From: an uncultured Acidobacteriota bacterium
Lineage (GTDB): Bacteria; Acidobacteriota; UBA6911
Length of the DNA stretch: 64,000 bases
Direction: 5' to 3'
Assembly: GCA_963843575.1 (NCBI GenBank)
Contig: CAWJKZ010000015.1
Location: 251,911-315,910 of the forward strand
In this document: positions 1-10,577 of the stretch, piece by piece
Layout of the letters: each line of letters starts with the position of its first letter
Numbering within the stretch: the stretch's first letter is position 1
The notes under the pieces: model-generated
The model's database searches: none
What the model was told of the DNA's origin: nothing
What the model saw: only the letters and a program-made list of their open reading frames with translations
Made by a program: the position numbers and the translations under genes

Positions 1-2632
1 GCCGCGGTCAAGGCGCGCGAGAGCAGGAGCCCGACGGGGCGCTCATCGGGTGCGAGCGCGAAGGCCCTCTGGAGCACCTCCGTGGCGCGCTGGTGGTTGC
101 CGAGTTTGAAGTAAGCGATGCCGAGGCCGTACCAGAGGTCGGCTTGGCCGGGGTAGCGGGCGGCGAGGGGCTCGACGGCTGCGGCGAAGCCCTGCATGTC
201 GCCGGCCTTCTGCGCCGCGACGGCCCGGGCGAGCAGCGCTTCCCGGGTCTCCCCCGGGGCGGCCTCGGCCGCTTCGGGCTCGGCGGGCCGCCCGGCGAAG
301 TAGCCCTTGCGCGCGTGGACCCGCGCGTCCGGGATCGAGACGGTCACCCGGATGGGGTGGAACCGGCCGTCGGTCGACTGCTGGGATACGAAGCCCAGGT
401 AGTAGACCCGCCCCCGCGACCCGATCAGCTTGTCGGCTGCGCCGGCAAGATCGTTGGTGGAGTTCATGAAACGTCCCGCCGTCTCGACCGCCAGCTGCGA
501 GAGCGGCGATTGCCGGTCCATGCGCCAGGCGCGGGCGTGCTCGTGGAGCAGGGCGATGAGGTGGGGATTGCGCACCAGGAACGAGCCGTTGGCCCGCAAC
601 CCGATGGCCTCGTCGACATCGAGTCCCGCCGCGTCGATCGTATAAAAACGAGTTTTGCTCCGCCTGGCCTCGGCGATGATTCCCTCCAGCCGCCCCGACA
701 GGTCGCCGCGCGTACTGGTGCGGCCCAGCGTGAATCCGGTCGACAGAAGGAGGACGTCCTTCGGGTAGCTCCCCGCGTCGGCCGACGCAGCGTTGACGAC
801 CGCGCGGAGCCCGTCCAGTGCGTGTGACACCTGGCCCAGGTTTTCGGTCAGCAGCTGCCTTGCCAGGTTGACCACCATCGTCTGGATCATCTCCCGGGTC
901 GTCCCCGGCTGGCCGTCGACCTCGCCCATGTCGTTGCGGAACTGGGCCCCGATGCTCGACGCGTACCGCAGCTCCGCCACCTGCTGCGCCTCCCGGTCAC
1001 CCCGGTCGATCAGGAACGCCTGATAGACGGTCATCAGACCGTCGTTGCTCGACAGGGACGGGTTTCCGCGGGGCGAGGTCCTGCGGATCTTTTCGATCAT
1101 CTTCTCGGCGGTGAGTTCGGGCGCGATCTCCGCGCTCAACTCGCTCATGAGGTGAATGGACAACGGACGCAGAGGGTCCTGGAAGTCCCGCACGATCTTC
1201 TCGGCGGCCTTCTTGATCTGCAGGAACGCGGCCGAGTCCGACATGATGTCGTCGAGCACAAGGTAATAACGGCCGAGCCTCAGCTCCGGGCTGTCTGTCG
1301 CGACGGCAATGGGCGTGCCGTCGCGCGCGCTCAACTTGCGGATGGCCCGCGCACGCGGCTCCGCCAGGTTGCGCGACCCCACGTCGCGCGCGAAAAATGC
1401 GATCTCGCGGAGCTGGTCGTCCTCGTAGATGCGGAAGTCGCGCTCCCCGAGCTCCGGCGACTCCCGCCCCGGCGGCGACTCGACCAGGACGGGAATCTCG
1501 ACGAAACGTGTTTCGACACGGAACAGCGGTGCCGCACGCCCCGTCGGTTCCGTTTCACGAGGGGAGGGGAGGGGCAGTGACACGGACTTGAACCGCAGCA
1601 CCCGATCCATCTCAGGCGAATGGATGAGTTCCCGGAGCGCTTTCTGTGCGTTCGGGTCCCGCACCTCGGGCTCGGCGCGCGCCAGCGTGCGCGGTCTCGC
1701 GGGTTCGAATGACTCCGATGCGGGGTTTCGCGCCCTTCCTGAGCCCGCGAAAAAGCCCTTCCGGCTGTGCACTTTCAGCCTGGGGTTGTTCGCCGCGAGG
1801 GTCACGTCGTGCCAGCGGCCGTCCTGCGGCACGTCTGTGTAGTAGTTGACCACGAGGATCGATCGGAGCTCGGTGGCCACCTCGACAAAGCGTGTGCCTG
1901 AGGCTGTCGGGGTCGTCGACAACGAACATCCTGCCGCTGTTGATTTCGGCGAGCTGCCGCAACACGCGACTCAACGCGTCGGTCCGCAGCGCCGCGCGCG
2001 CGGCGATGGTGTAGATCGGGAAACCGTGGCGGGCGGCGGCATTGAGGACGGTTTCGAGCGAGGAGATGCGGGCCGTGTCTTCCCCGTCCGAGAAGACGAC
2101 GATCACCCTTCGTCCCTCCGCCTTGCCCAGGTGCTTCATCGCGAACAGGAGCGCGTCGTACAGCTTGGTCGCACCGCGGGCCTGCGCCTGCCGGATTGCC
2201 GACACGATCGCGATCCGGTCGTCGCTCAGTTGCGGCACGAGCCGGATGTCGGAATTGAACGGAATGAAACTGACGCGGTCCTCGGGCTGCAGCGATTCGA
2301 CGAAGGCGACCGCCGCTTCCTGAGTCGCGGCGAGCGTCTCCGTCATGCTTCCGCTCGTGTCCAGCAGGAGCGCGACCTGGAGCGGCACCGTCTCGCTGTC
2401 GAGCCGGTGTATCTCCCGTTTGCCGCCGTCCTCGGTCAGGACAAAGTCCGATCCGGTCAGGTCCGTGACCCGGCGGTTTCCCTCGGTGACGCTGACGTAG
2501 AGCTGGACCAGCTGGGACTGCACCTGGATCGTCAGGTCGCCGGCCGGCGTCGTCCTCGACTCCTGCGGCAGCGCCCGCGCGGCGGCGAGCAGGACGCAAA
2601 AGGCCGTGATGCGGGATCGTGGCTTTTCTCAT
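1..2632 (-). CDS. Tandem VWA-domain (VWFA-related, Acidobacterial type) + TPR protein; runs off window end; frameshifted
   Basis: AAAGGAG RBS before ATG 2632. Signal-like ITAFCVLLAAARA follows a frameshift near 2612. VWA1 has MIDAS motif LLLDTSGSM. After a frameshift near 1890 the frame reads VEVATELRSILVVNYYTD...LIHSPEMDRVLRF and continues into VWA2 (FRVETRFVEIPVLV...DFRIYEDD...YYLVLDD) and TPR-like LWYGLGIAYFKLGNHQRA. Confidence 0.75.
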
Positions 2633-2760
2633 GGCGGCACGCGACTCCTTTCTCCTCCGTTGTCCGGATATTTCGAGGGCCTCGGAGCTGTCTGGGGCGA
2701 GCCGTGGAACTCGTCTCAGAGGCTTCAGAGTTCTCGAAGACCCGGTCTCCACCTGCCCGG

Positions 2761-5700
2761 TCACTTCAACCTGGCCGCGGCCTCTGTCGCACCGTCCTCC
2801 GCCGCCAGGACCCCGCGGGTCGCGAGATCCTCGATCCAGCGTCGGGCGTCGTCGACGCCGAGCCGGCCGATCTGCTCCAGCGCGGTCTTCCATGTGCCGG
2901 CCCGGGCCGCCAGGCTGCGCGGCAGAATTTCCTGCACGGCCAGCTCCCCCTCGGCTTCGCCGAGGAATGCCGGGATCCCCATGCCGTAGTGCAGGTCCGC
3001 CAGCCGGATTTTCAGGTCGCATATGCGCTCGAAGAGCACTTCCTCCCCGCCGGCCTGGTCCAGTTGCTCGTAGCTGTCGGGGATCGATGCCGTCGTCTGG
3101 CTGATCCCTATGCGGCGGCGCAGGAAGATGCCGTACTGATCGAGTTCGCGCTGAAAAGACGCGGACTGGTCTGCCGCCGGAACGATCGCCTTCAGTCGGA
3201 TGGCCACCGGGGAGGAGAGGACGGGGCTGTTTTCGACTGTTTTTTCCCCCAACCACTGGCGGCCGAGCAGCAAGAGCTCCGATGCGGACAGGGCTGCGGC
3301 TGCCCGCAGGGGGCTGCCTGCTGCGAGCGCCTCCAACACCTCGTCGCGCCTGCGCGGGAGCAGCCTGCGCCGCAGATACGCCTCGCACCATCGGCGCGTC
3401 TCGCCCTCGACCGCGGCCGTGGCGAGCAGCTCGCGTCCGAGCCGCACGGAGAGCGCCACGTACTCCTGCGCGCGGTCGCTCCGCAGCGCCCGGCGCACCG
3501 AGCGCATGCCTGCCAGCACCGTGGGAACGAGGCTGCGTTCCTCCCGATCGCCCAAGTCCTGGGCCCACTGTGCTGTTTCGAGACGGCTCAACTCGAACCC
3601 GAGCCCGGAAAGCGACCCGGTGCAGTACGACCCTGTCCCGGCTTTCTGCTCGAGACGGGTCGCCGCCCACGGCCCGCCCCGGTCGGGTGCCCCGGCGAAG
3701 AAATCGTGCTTGCGGACGAAGTTCGGGTCGAAGGCCAGCACGTCGGCTTCCGGCGCCCCGTGAAAGGCGTAGCAGAAGCTGAGCAGGGTGACTCCTAACT
3801 CGGTGTTCAACGCCTGGGCGACCTCGAGCGCGAGAGTTGCGGGCGCCGCCCCCCCCGCGCTTGGGGCGGAGGCGAGCTTGCCCGCCAGTTTTTCCAGGTC
3901 GGCCCCGGCGATCCCCTCGCGTCTGGTCCGGCCCTCGCCTGCGCGGGTGAGATCCACCGCCCGGATGAGCGACACGGCGCTGCGCAGCTGTTCGACGGTC
4001 GCGCCGGTTCCCGTCAATCGAAACGCCTCGAGGAGACGGTCCAGGGGGGTGACGCTCTGGTGCATGATTGCCGATTTCATGCGCTGCAGCTGGTAGGCAG
4101 CGGCATCGAACCGCAACCGCCTGCCGTCGTACGACAGTTCGCGGTTTTCCACGGGCCCTGCCAATCCGCCGAACAGGGTCTCGTCCGCGCCTGTCCCGAC
4201 GGTTGCCTGCCGGAGGCTCGGCAGCAGTTCCTGCGAGAGGAACCGGACGGCCGCCCGGCCGAACGTGCCGTCCTCGGAACCGTTCAGCTGCGCGAGCGCG
4301 GTTTCGAGCAGTCCCAGGCCGGCGGCACGGTTGAGCGCTCCCTGGCGCGTCAGGAGTGAGATGAGGCAGATCAGCGCCTGGCCCGTGCGCATGCGCCCCG
4401 CTCCGCGCGGGCCCGGCGCCGCGAGATCGCCGGCAAACGCGATGTAACGCCGCAGCAGGGGCGCCGGCGGCGAGAGATCGACGACGAGGTCCACCATGGA
4501 TGCGGCCGCGGCCGGATTGCGCACGATCTCGCCTGCGGTCTCCCCGTCGAGCATCACGGGGTGTGTCGTCTGAAGCCAGCAGATCAACTCGATCGCGTCC
4601 AGCGGGGAAGGAGGAACCTGGGAACCGGCGGAACCCGCCCAGCCCATGAACCGGCCCAGTTCCTGATCCCGGACAACAAGCGGCTCAGTCGTCCCGGGCC
4701 GGGCCGCGTCTCCACCGGCCGGGGTTCCCGGGAACACCGCCGGGGCGAGACGCCTGTCGATCGGCAGGAGCAGGCCGCGTCCGTCCGCCTCCATCAGCGC
4801 GAACAGGCGGCCCAGGTCGGGCTGGCCGAGCTGCGACGCGGTCTTGCCGCCACGCGCGGATGTCAGGAAGACCTCGTGCAGCCTCTTCAACCGTTCGGGT
4901 GTAGAGGTCAAGTACTGCCGGACGGAGGGGGGCGCGAGGGTGAGGGAAGCGTAGATGCGCAGGGCACGCCAGTCGTCGCGCCGGAGCAACGCGTTCAGCG
5001 CAGGCCGGTTTCCAGGCCCGGCCGTGCCGAGCAGGGCTTCCCAGGATTTCCGTTCGCCGGGAAAGGCAAGGTTTCCGTCTGGGAGATCGAGGTATCGGCC
5101 ATACGCCGACAGTTGTTCGACGACTTCCAGCAGTTCGCCGGGCCCGTAAGCCTCAACCAGTCCCGCGCGCGCGGATTTCGAACATCCGGCCAGTGCCAGA
5201 TAGAGGCGCATCGCCGACGGATTCAACAGGAAGCGCTCGAGCAGGCCGTATTGTTTCTTTGCGGGAGGGAGGATCCTGTCGGCCCACACCCGGGAATCCA
5301 GCAGGATCGGGATGCGGTCCTGCTGCGGGGTGAAGCGGATTTCGCGCACCGCACGGTCGGTCAGGGGCACGCCCAGGTTGCGCAGAAATTGCTGCCGCGC
5401 CGCGGCAGCACCGCCTTGCTTGAGGGTGAGGGTGAGGTGAACCGCGCCGTCGCGGCCCTGCTTGATGCCCAGGTGCACCCCGAAGAAGCGCAGCAACTTC
5501 CGCGCGCGGTTCGTGGTCTCGGCCGTACCGTACAAGGGGAATGCCAGTTCCCTCGGCTGGTGGGGATCGAAATCCGGCGGCAGGAGCCCCTCGGCGGTCA
5601 TGTGCCGCATCAACGCCGCGGAGGTGCGCAACGCCGAAACCGCGTCGCGCCGGACCGGGTCGTCCTGCAACCGGCTGTTGTGGGTGGACCCGCTGTCGAG

Positions 5701-7914
5701 GATGAGGGTGAACATGCGCTCGAGCACGTCCGTGTCACCGGGGGCCGGCACCCCTACTCCGACAGTGCGGGCGAGAATGGCCAAGCCTCCGGGAACCTCC
5801 ATCGTTCCGAAGTCGGCAGGCAGCGAACCGTTGTCGGGCACGGGGACCGCAGACGGCGAGGATGAGGCCGGCAGGTCGAGTTCCTTCGCGAGCGGGTCCC
5901 CGGCGGCCCGCCCTCCCGCGCCGGCGAGCAGTGCAATGGCCGACAGGTGGGGGCGCCAGGCTGCCCGGAGCTGTCCGGACACTTCCGGCGGCGCGGTGCG
6001 CAACATGGCCCGGTAGTCGAGGAGCGCCTGGCCATACTCGCCCCGTCTTTCGCGCAGCGCCGCCGCGGCCCGGTAGAGGTCGTGCGCGTCCGGCCCAGCC
6101 GCGGCTGCCGCGGATTCCCAGATTGTTGCGGCCTCCTCCAGCGCCCCGATGTCGCTCAGGATGTCGCCCAGCGTGCGACGGGCTCCCTGATCCGATGGAT
6201 CGGTCTCGATCGACTTCTGGAGAAAGGCGATGGCGTCGCGTTCCCGCCTGGCACGCCTGAGTGCGTCCACATATTGCCGGGCCAGGTCGCGCCGCCCTGG
6301 AGCGAGCGTCAGCGCCCTGTGCAGGCTTTCGATCGCCGGAAGCCACTCCCGGAGCCCAGCATGCACTGCCGCGAGACCGGCAAGTGTCTCCGGCTCCGTG
6401 GAGTTACGCTCCGCGGCCTTGGCTGCCCATTCGTGGGCGCGGGCGGAATCCCCCTCTGCGGCAAAGGTCTGTGCGAGCAGCACCATCGCGCGCACGTTGT
6501 TCCGGTCGGCTTCCAACGCGACGGTCAGCTGGGAGCGGGCCTCGTCGCGCAGCCCGAGACGCAACAGGACGTCGGCGGACTCGGCCAGGACGCCCGGGTC
6601 CCGCTGGCCCTCGAGTGCGTCGGCAAACAATTCTCTGGCCGCCGCAAGTTCCCCGGTCGCGGCGTAGAGGCGGGCCAACTCGAGCCGCAGCTCCGGCGAC
6701 GGCGCGCGATCCTTGGGCAGCAGTTTCTGCAGCCGCGGCAGCACGTCGGCCGCATTTCCCATGCGCCGGGAGGCGGATGCGAAGAGTACGAGGATGCGTT
6801 CGTCGGGACCCGCCCCGGCGATCCCCCGTGCCGCGGCCTCCCGGGCCGAGGGAAAGTCCCCGAGTTCCAGGGCGGATTCGGCTGAAAGCAGGTAACCTTC
6901 CGGATTCCAGCGGTCCTCCTCGATGGCCGAGTCGGCGAAGCGCCGGGCGAGGGTGAAGTTGCCGTCGGACCGCGCATCGCGCGCGCGTCGGATCCAGTCC
7001 AGGGCCTGCTGCATGCCACGGTGGCCGGGTGGCCGGCCGCCGTCCCGCCCCCAGAACGCCTCTGGGGCGCGCAGCCTCGATTCCGATCCATCCGCCGTCG
7101 GGCAGCGCACGTCCAGGGTTGTCGTGCGGCCCGGTTCTTCGAGTTGAAGCTCGACGTCCAGCGTGATGGCGCGTCCGCGCGCCCCTGCAAGCCGCTCGAG
7201 CAGGTTTGTCGGAGCGGTGCCCGTCCCCCACGCCATCCCGCCGCTGCCGGTACAGGCGCGTCTGAGAATCCCGTCCCCGTCGAGCCAGCCGTAGAGTGTG
7301 CTTCCCTGGCCGAATGCGGCGGAGGCGAGCCGGCGCGCCATGCCCTCGTTCAGGTAGGCGCTCGCTTCGCCCTCGAAGAGGCGGTCGCGGAACAGAAGCA
7401 GGCAGTCCACCGGGCCCGCGGCCTCCTGCTCGGCGCGACCGACCAACTCGGAGATGGAGTCCAGCGTGCGCCCTGCCGTCAACGGCTCGGCAGGCTGCTC
7501 CGGGACATAGCTCGTCACGGCATGATCGAGCACGGTTGCGACCTCGCGCATGTCGGCCACCTCCGGGCCGAGGATGCCGTCGAGGACCGGGATGCCGATC
7601 CGCACCCGCCACGGGCCCGAACGGGGCGCCGCCAGTGCCTGCGCAAACCGGCCGAGGCGGGCCCGCAGTTCCTGGCGGGAGTAGGAATTCGGATCGATCA
7701 GAATCAGGAGCGGGCGATGTTGCGATGGTGCGGCCGCGGAGAGGACGCGCGCCCGTGACCCCGCGGCTGCCACGCTCACGCCGTCGGGCCGTACGGCGCC
7801 GGATTCAGAATATGCCGTGAACCGCGTGCGCACGGCCTGGTCCGCCGCAGCGACGACTCCGAGAGACAGACATAAAGTCGCGATGACCCCGAAGTAACAG
7901 CGACACGCGATCAT
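2761..7914 (-). CDS. Large secreted TPR-repeat protein (1717 aa) with uncharacterised C-terminal region
   Basis: Intact ORF with N-terminal signal peptide. Many TPR-like helices at about aa 300-640 (e.g. ARRTLGDILSDIGALEEAA). Same strand and directly upstream of the VWA gene. Confidence 0.75.
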   Translation of the reverse strand: MIACRCYFGVIATLCLSLGVVAAADQAVRTRFTAYSESGAVRPDGVSVAAAGSRARVLSAAAPSQHRPLLILIDPNSYSRQELRARLGRFAQALAAPRSGPWRVRIGIPVLDGILGPEVADMREVATVLDHAVTSYVPEQPAEPLTAGRTLDSISELVGRAEQEAAGPVDCLLLFRDRLFEGEASAYLNEGMARRLASAAFGQGSTLYGWLDGDGILRRACTGSGGMAWGTGTAPTNLLERLAGARGRAITLDVELQLEEPGRTTTLDVRCPTADGSESRLRAPEAFWGRDGGRPPGHRGMQQALDWIRRARDARSDGNFTLARRFADSAIEEDRWNPEGYLLSAESALELGDFPSAREAAARGIAGAGPDERILVLFASASRRMGNAADVLPRLQKLLPKDRAPSPELRLELARLYAATGELAAARELFADALEGQRDPGVLAESADVLLRLGLRDEARSQLTVALEADRNNVRAMVLLAQTFAAEGDSARAHEWAAKAAERNSTEPETLAGLAAVHAGLREWLPAIESLHRALTLAPGRRDLARQYVDALRRARRERDAIAFLQKSIETDPSDQGARRTLGDILSDIGALEEAATIWESAAAAAGPDAHDLYRAAAALRERRGEYGQALLDYRAMLRTAPPEVSGQLRAAWRPHLSAIALLAGAGGRAAGDPLAKELDLPASSSPSAVPVPDNGSLPADFGTMEVPGGLAILARTVGVGVPAPGDTDVLERMFTLILDSGSTHNSRLQDDPVRRDAVSALRTSAALMRHMTAEGLLPPDFDPHQPRELAFPLYGTAETTNRARKLLRFFGVHLGIKQGRDGAVHLTLTLKQGGAAAARQQFLRNLGVPLTDRAVREIRFTPQQDRIPILLDSRVWADRILPPAKKQYGLLERFLLNPSAMRLYLALAGCSKSARAGLVEAYGPGELLEVVEQLSAYGRYLDLPDGNLAFPGERKSWEALLGTAGPGNRPALNALLRRDDWRALRIYASLTLAPPSVRQYLTSTPERLKRLHEVFLTSARGGKTASQLGQPDLGRLFALMEADGRGLLLPIDRRLAPAVFPGTPAGGDAARPGTTEPLVVRDQELGRFMGWAGSAGSQVPPSPLDAIELICWLQTTHPVMLDGETAGEIVRNPAAAASMVDLVVDLSPPAPLLRRYIAFAGDLAAPGPRGAGRMRTGQALICLISLLTRQGALNRAAGLGLLETALAQLNGSEDGTFGRAAVRFLSQELLPSLRQATVGTGADETLFGGLAGPVENRELSYDGRRLRFDAAAYQLQRMKSAIMHQSVTPLDRLLEAFRLTGTGATVEQLRSAVSLIRAVDLTRAGEGRTRREGIAGADLEKLAGKLASAPSAGGAAPATLALEVAQALNTELGVTLLSFCYAFHGAPEADVLAFDPNFVRKHDFFAGAPDRGGPWAATRLEQKAGTGSYCTGSLSGLGFELSRLETAQWAQDLGDREERSLVPTVLAGMRSVRRALRSDRAQEYVALSVRLGRELLATAAVEGETRRWCEAYLRRRLLPRRRDEVLEALAAGSPLRAAAALSASELLLLGRQWLGEKTVENSPVLSSPVAIRLKAIVPAADQSASFQRELDQYGIFLRRRIGISQTTASIPDSYEQLDQAGGEEVLFERICDLKIRLADLHYGMGIPAFLGEAEGELAVQEILPRSLAARAGTWKTALEQIGRLGVDDARRWIEDLATRGVLAAEDGATEAAARLK

Positions 7915-8226
7915 GCGGTCTCCTAGACCGGCAGGCAGTGGGGGGCGGGCTTCACCGCGTGCGTTGCTCGAACGTCCGACCGGTACGACTGCCAGGAGGC
8001 AAATCTGGAATGCGCGACACGGCGGCCGCAGCCCACTGCTGCATTTGAGTTGTGACGAAGAGGTCGAGCCCGGAAAAAAGAGAACGTCAGAGTTGGAACG
8101 TGCCCGACCTGCACCCGAATGGTTTGATTATAACAGGCTCCCGGGATCAGTTCCTGAGAATTGAGCAAAAAGACACTTCTCAAGGCCTGACCCCCGATGC
8201 CGCGCGCGTGTTAAGATCCGGGTGCC

Positions 8227-9510
8227 ATGAAGAAGTCGAAGGTCGCCATCGTTCGCACCCGGCCGGGCACGGTGTTGGCGGACTATCACCGGCTGATGAA
8301 CCTCGCCGGCTACCAGGAGACGATTTCCCGGAACGCCGACACCGCGCTCAAGATCAACGTGAGCTGGCACTTTTTTTACCCCGCGTGTTCGACGACCCCG
8401 TGGCAACTCGAGGGCGTCGTCCGCAGCATGATCAGCGACGGGTACGACAGGTCCCGCATACACGGCTGCCACAACCGCACCGTCGTCATCGACGCCCGCC
8501 TGGGTGAGAGGGAAAACAAGCAGCTCAACGTTCTGCAGGCACACGGGCTGCGCAACGTTCACCTGTACGAAGAACCCGAGTGGGTGCGGATCGGTGACGC
8601 CGTCGGAGACCTGACAAAACAGTTCCTTTGTTTAAACGAGGTGTATCCGAAGGGTTTTTCAATCCCGCGCCGTCTGATCGGGGAGAACGTCATCCACCTG
8701 CCCACGGTGAAGACGCACGTGTTTACGACCGTCACCGGGGCGATGAAGAACGCCTTCGGCGGGCTCCTGAACGAACGGCGCCACTGGACGCACCCGGTGA
8801 TCCACGAGACCCTGGTCGATCTCCTGAGGATTCAGCGGAAGATCCACCCCGGCGTATTCGCCGTAATGGACGGCACTTTTGCGGGCGACGGGCCGGGGCC
8901 GCGCTGCATGACTCCCCACGTCAAGAACGTCCTGCTGGCCTCTGCCGACCAGGTGGCGATAGACGCCGCGGCGGCCAGGCTGATGGGCTTCGATCCGATG
9001 AAGATCCGGTTCATCCGTCTGGCGCACGACGCGGGGCTGGGGTGCGGCGATCCGGCCGAACTGGAAGTAGTCGGCGACAGCGACGCGGCCGACGAGAATT
9101 GGCATTTCGACGGCCCGTTCCGGAAGATGACCTTCGCCAGCCGCATGCAGCACAAGATCTACTGGGGGGCCTTCAAGCGGCCGCTGGAATGGTCGCTGAA
9201 GACGGTCCTTGCCCCCTGGTCGTATATCGCCAGCGTCTTGTATCACGACATGTTCTGGTATCCGGCCCACCGCCGGAGGGTCGAAGAGGCGCTCAGCAGC
9301 GAGTGGGGCAGGCTCTTCGCTAACTGGGAATCGCTCGCGCCGCCGCCGCAGGAACTCGAAGTGGCCGGTTGGGCTTCGACCGGCGAGCCGCCGCCAGGCC
9401 ACCGCACCAGGACGCTGCACTTGATGGGCCAGGCGTTCCGGGTCCTCGGAGCCTGCATCGTTCGGGCCCCCGAGTTCACGGCCGCGCGACACCATCCGCG
9501 GCGCGGGTGA
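8227..9510 (+). CDS. DUF362 domain-containing protein
   Basis: Motifs LKINVSW, LPTVKTH..TGAMKNAFG, DG..AGDGPGP and LASADQVAIDA are typical of DUF362. Confidence 0.85.
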   Translation: MKKSKVAIVRTRPGTVLADYHRLMNLAGYQETISRNADTALKINVSWHFFYPACSTTPWQLEGVVRSMISDGYDRSRIHGCHNRTVVIDARLGERENKQLNVLQAHGLRNVHLYEEPEWVRIGDAVGDLTKQFLCLNEVYPKGFSIPRRLIGENVIHLPTVKTHVFTTVTGAMKNAFGGLLNERRHWTHPVIHETLVDLLRIQRKIHPGVFAVMDGTFAGDGPGPRCMTPHVKNVLLASADQVAIDAAAARLMGFDPMKIRFIRLAHDAGLGCGDPAELEVVGDSDAADENWHFDGPFRKMTFASRMQHKIYWGAFKRPLEWSLKTVLAPWSYIASVLYHDMFWYPAHRRRVEEALSSEWGRLFANWESLAPPPQELEVAGWASTGEPPPGHRTRTLHLMGQAFRVLGACIVRAPEFTAARHHPRRG

Positions 9511-9514
9511 TGGT

Positions 9515-10441
9515 ATGCAGCTGTCTGAAGAACGCACGCCACGCCCGCACACCAGGCCGTCCCTGTGGCCGTACCTCACGGAGATGCGTCCGCTCCACTG
9601 GGTGAAAAACCTCCTGCTGTTCGCGCCGCTCCTGCTCGCGCACGAGTTCGGCAATGCGCCCCTCTATGGGAGGCTCCTGGCGGCTTTCGCCGCGCTGAGC
9701 CTGTGCACCTCCGCGGCATACATTTTCAACGACCTCCTCGACGTCGCATCCGACCGTCGCCACCCCGTCAAAAGGAATCGCCCCATAGCGAACGGCGAGA
9801 TCCCTTTCCCCGCCGCGTGGACGCTTGCGGGCGTCCTGCTCGCCATATCGTTACTGGCCAGCGCCCTGCTGCTTGGGTACGGTTTCACCGTGACGCTCCT
9901 GCTCTACCTCGCCTTCTCGCTGGCCTATTCCCTGCGGATCAAGCGTGTCCCGCTGCTGGACGTCCTCGCGCTGTCGGGGTTATACGCCTTCCGCATCTTC
10001 ATGGGTGGGGTCGCGACCGCGGTGACCATTTCGCAGTGGCTGCTAGCCTTCTCGAGTTTCTTCTTCCTCGGGATCGCGTTTGTGAAGCGCTATGTCGAAC
10101 TGCGGGACTGGCAGTCGATGCCGGGAGGTGCCCTCCCGGGGAGAAACTACCGCGCCGAGGATGTCCAGGTCGTGCGTATTTCCGGTATCGCCAGCGCGTA
10201 CATGAGCGTCGTCATCTTCTTCCTCTACATAGCAAACAGCCGCGAGGCGGTCACCCTCTACCGCCACCCGGAGTGGTTGTGGGCGATCGGCCCGCTCCTG
10301 ATCTACTGGCACACCCGCCTCTGGATGCTCGCAGAGCACCGCGAGATAGACAGCGATCCGCTGGTGTTTGTCGTAAAGGACCCGCCCAGCTGGGTTGTGG
10401 GGGCGTGCGCGGCCGCCTGCGTCCTCCTGGCAACAATCTGA
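9515..10441 (+). CDS. UbiA family prenyltransferase (decaprenyl-phosphate phosphoribosyltransferase-like)
   Basis: RPLHWVKNLLLF, YIFNDLLDVASDRRHPVKRNRPIANG, KRYVEL; multiple TM segments. Confidence 0.9.
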   Translation: MQLSEERTPRPHTRPSLWPYLTEMRPLHWVKNLLLFAPLLLAHEFGNAPLYGRLLAAFAALSLCTSAAYIFNDLLDVASDRRHPVKRNRPIANGEIPFPAAWTLAGVLLAISLLASALLLGYGFTVTLLLYLAFSLAYSLRIKRVPLLDVLALSGLYAFRIFMGGVATAVTISQWLLAFSSFFFLGIAFVKRYVELRDWQSMPGGALPGRNYRAEDVQVVRISGIASAYMSVVIFFLYIANSREAVTLYRHPEWLWAIGPLLIYWHTRLWMLAEHREIDSDPLVFVVKDPPSWVVGACAAACVLLATI

Positions 10442-10444
10442 GTC

Positions 10445-10570
10445 GCGCCGCGCAAATACAACTGCAACAACCAGCCACGGAATCCACGGAATTTCAAAAT
10501 TGGGTTTTCCGTGTTCTTCCGCGTCTTCCGTGGCAAGGTTTGGCTTGTCTGCGCCGCGCAAATACAACCG
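10445..10570. repeat. CACGGAA/TTCCGTG inverted short-repeat element flanked by direct repeat GCGCCGCGCAAATACAAC
   Basis: ccacggaatccacggaa...ttccgtgttcttccgcgtcttccgtggc. The 18-bp direct repeat lies at 10445 and 10551, between convergent genes. Confidence 0.7.
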
Positions 10571-10577
10571 CCACAGG

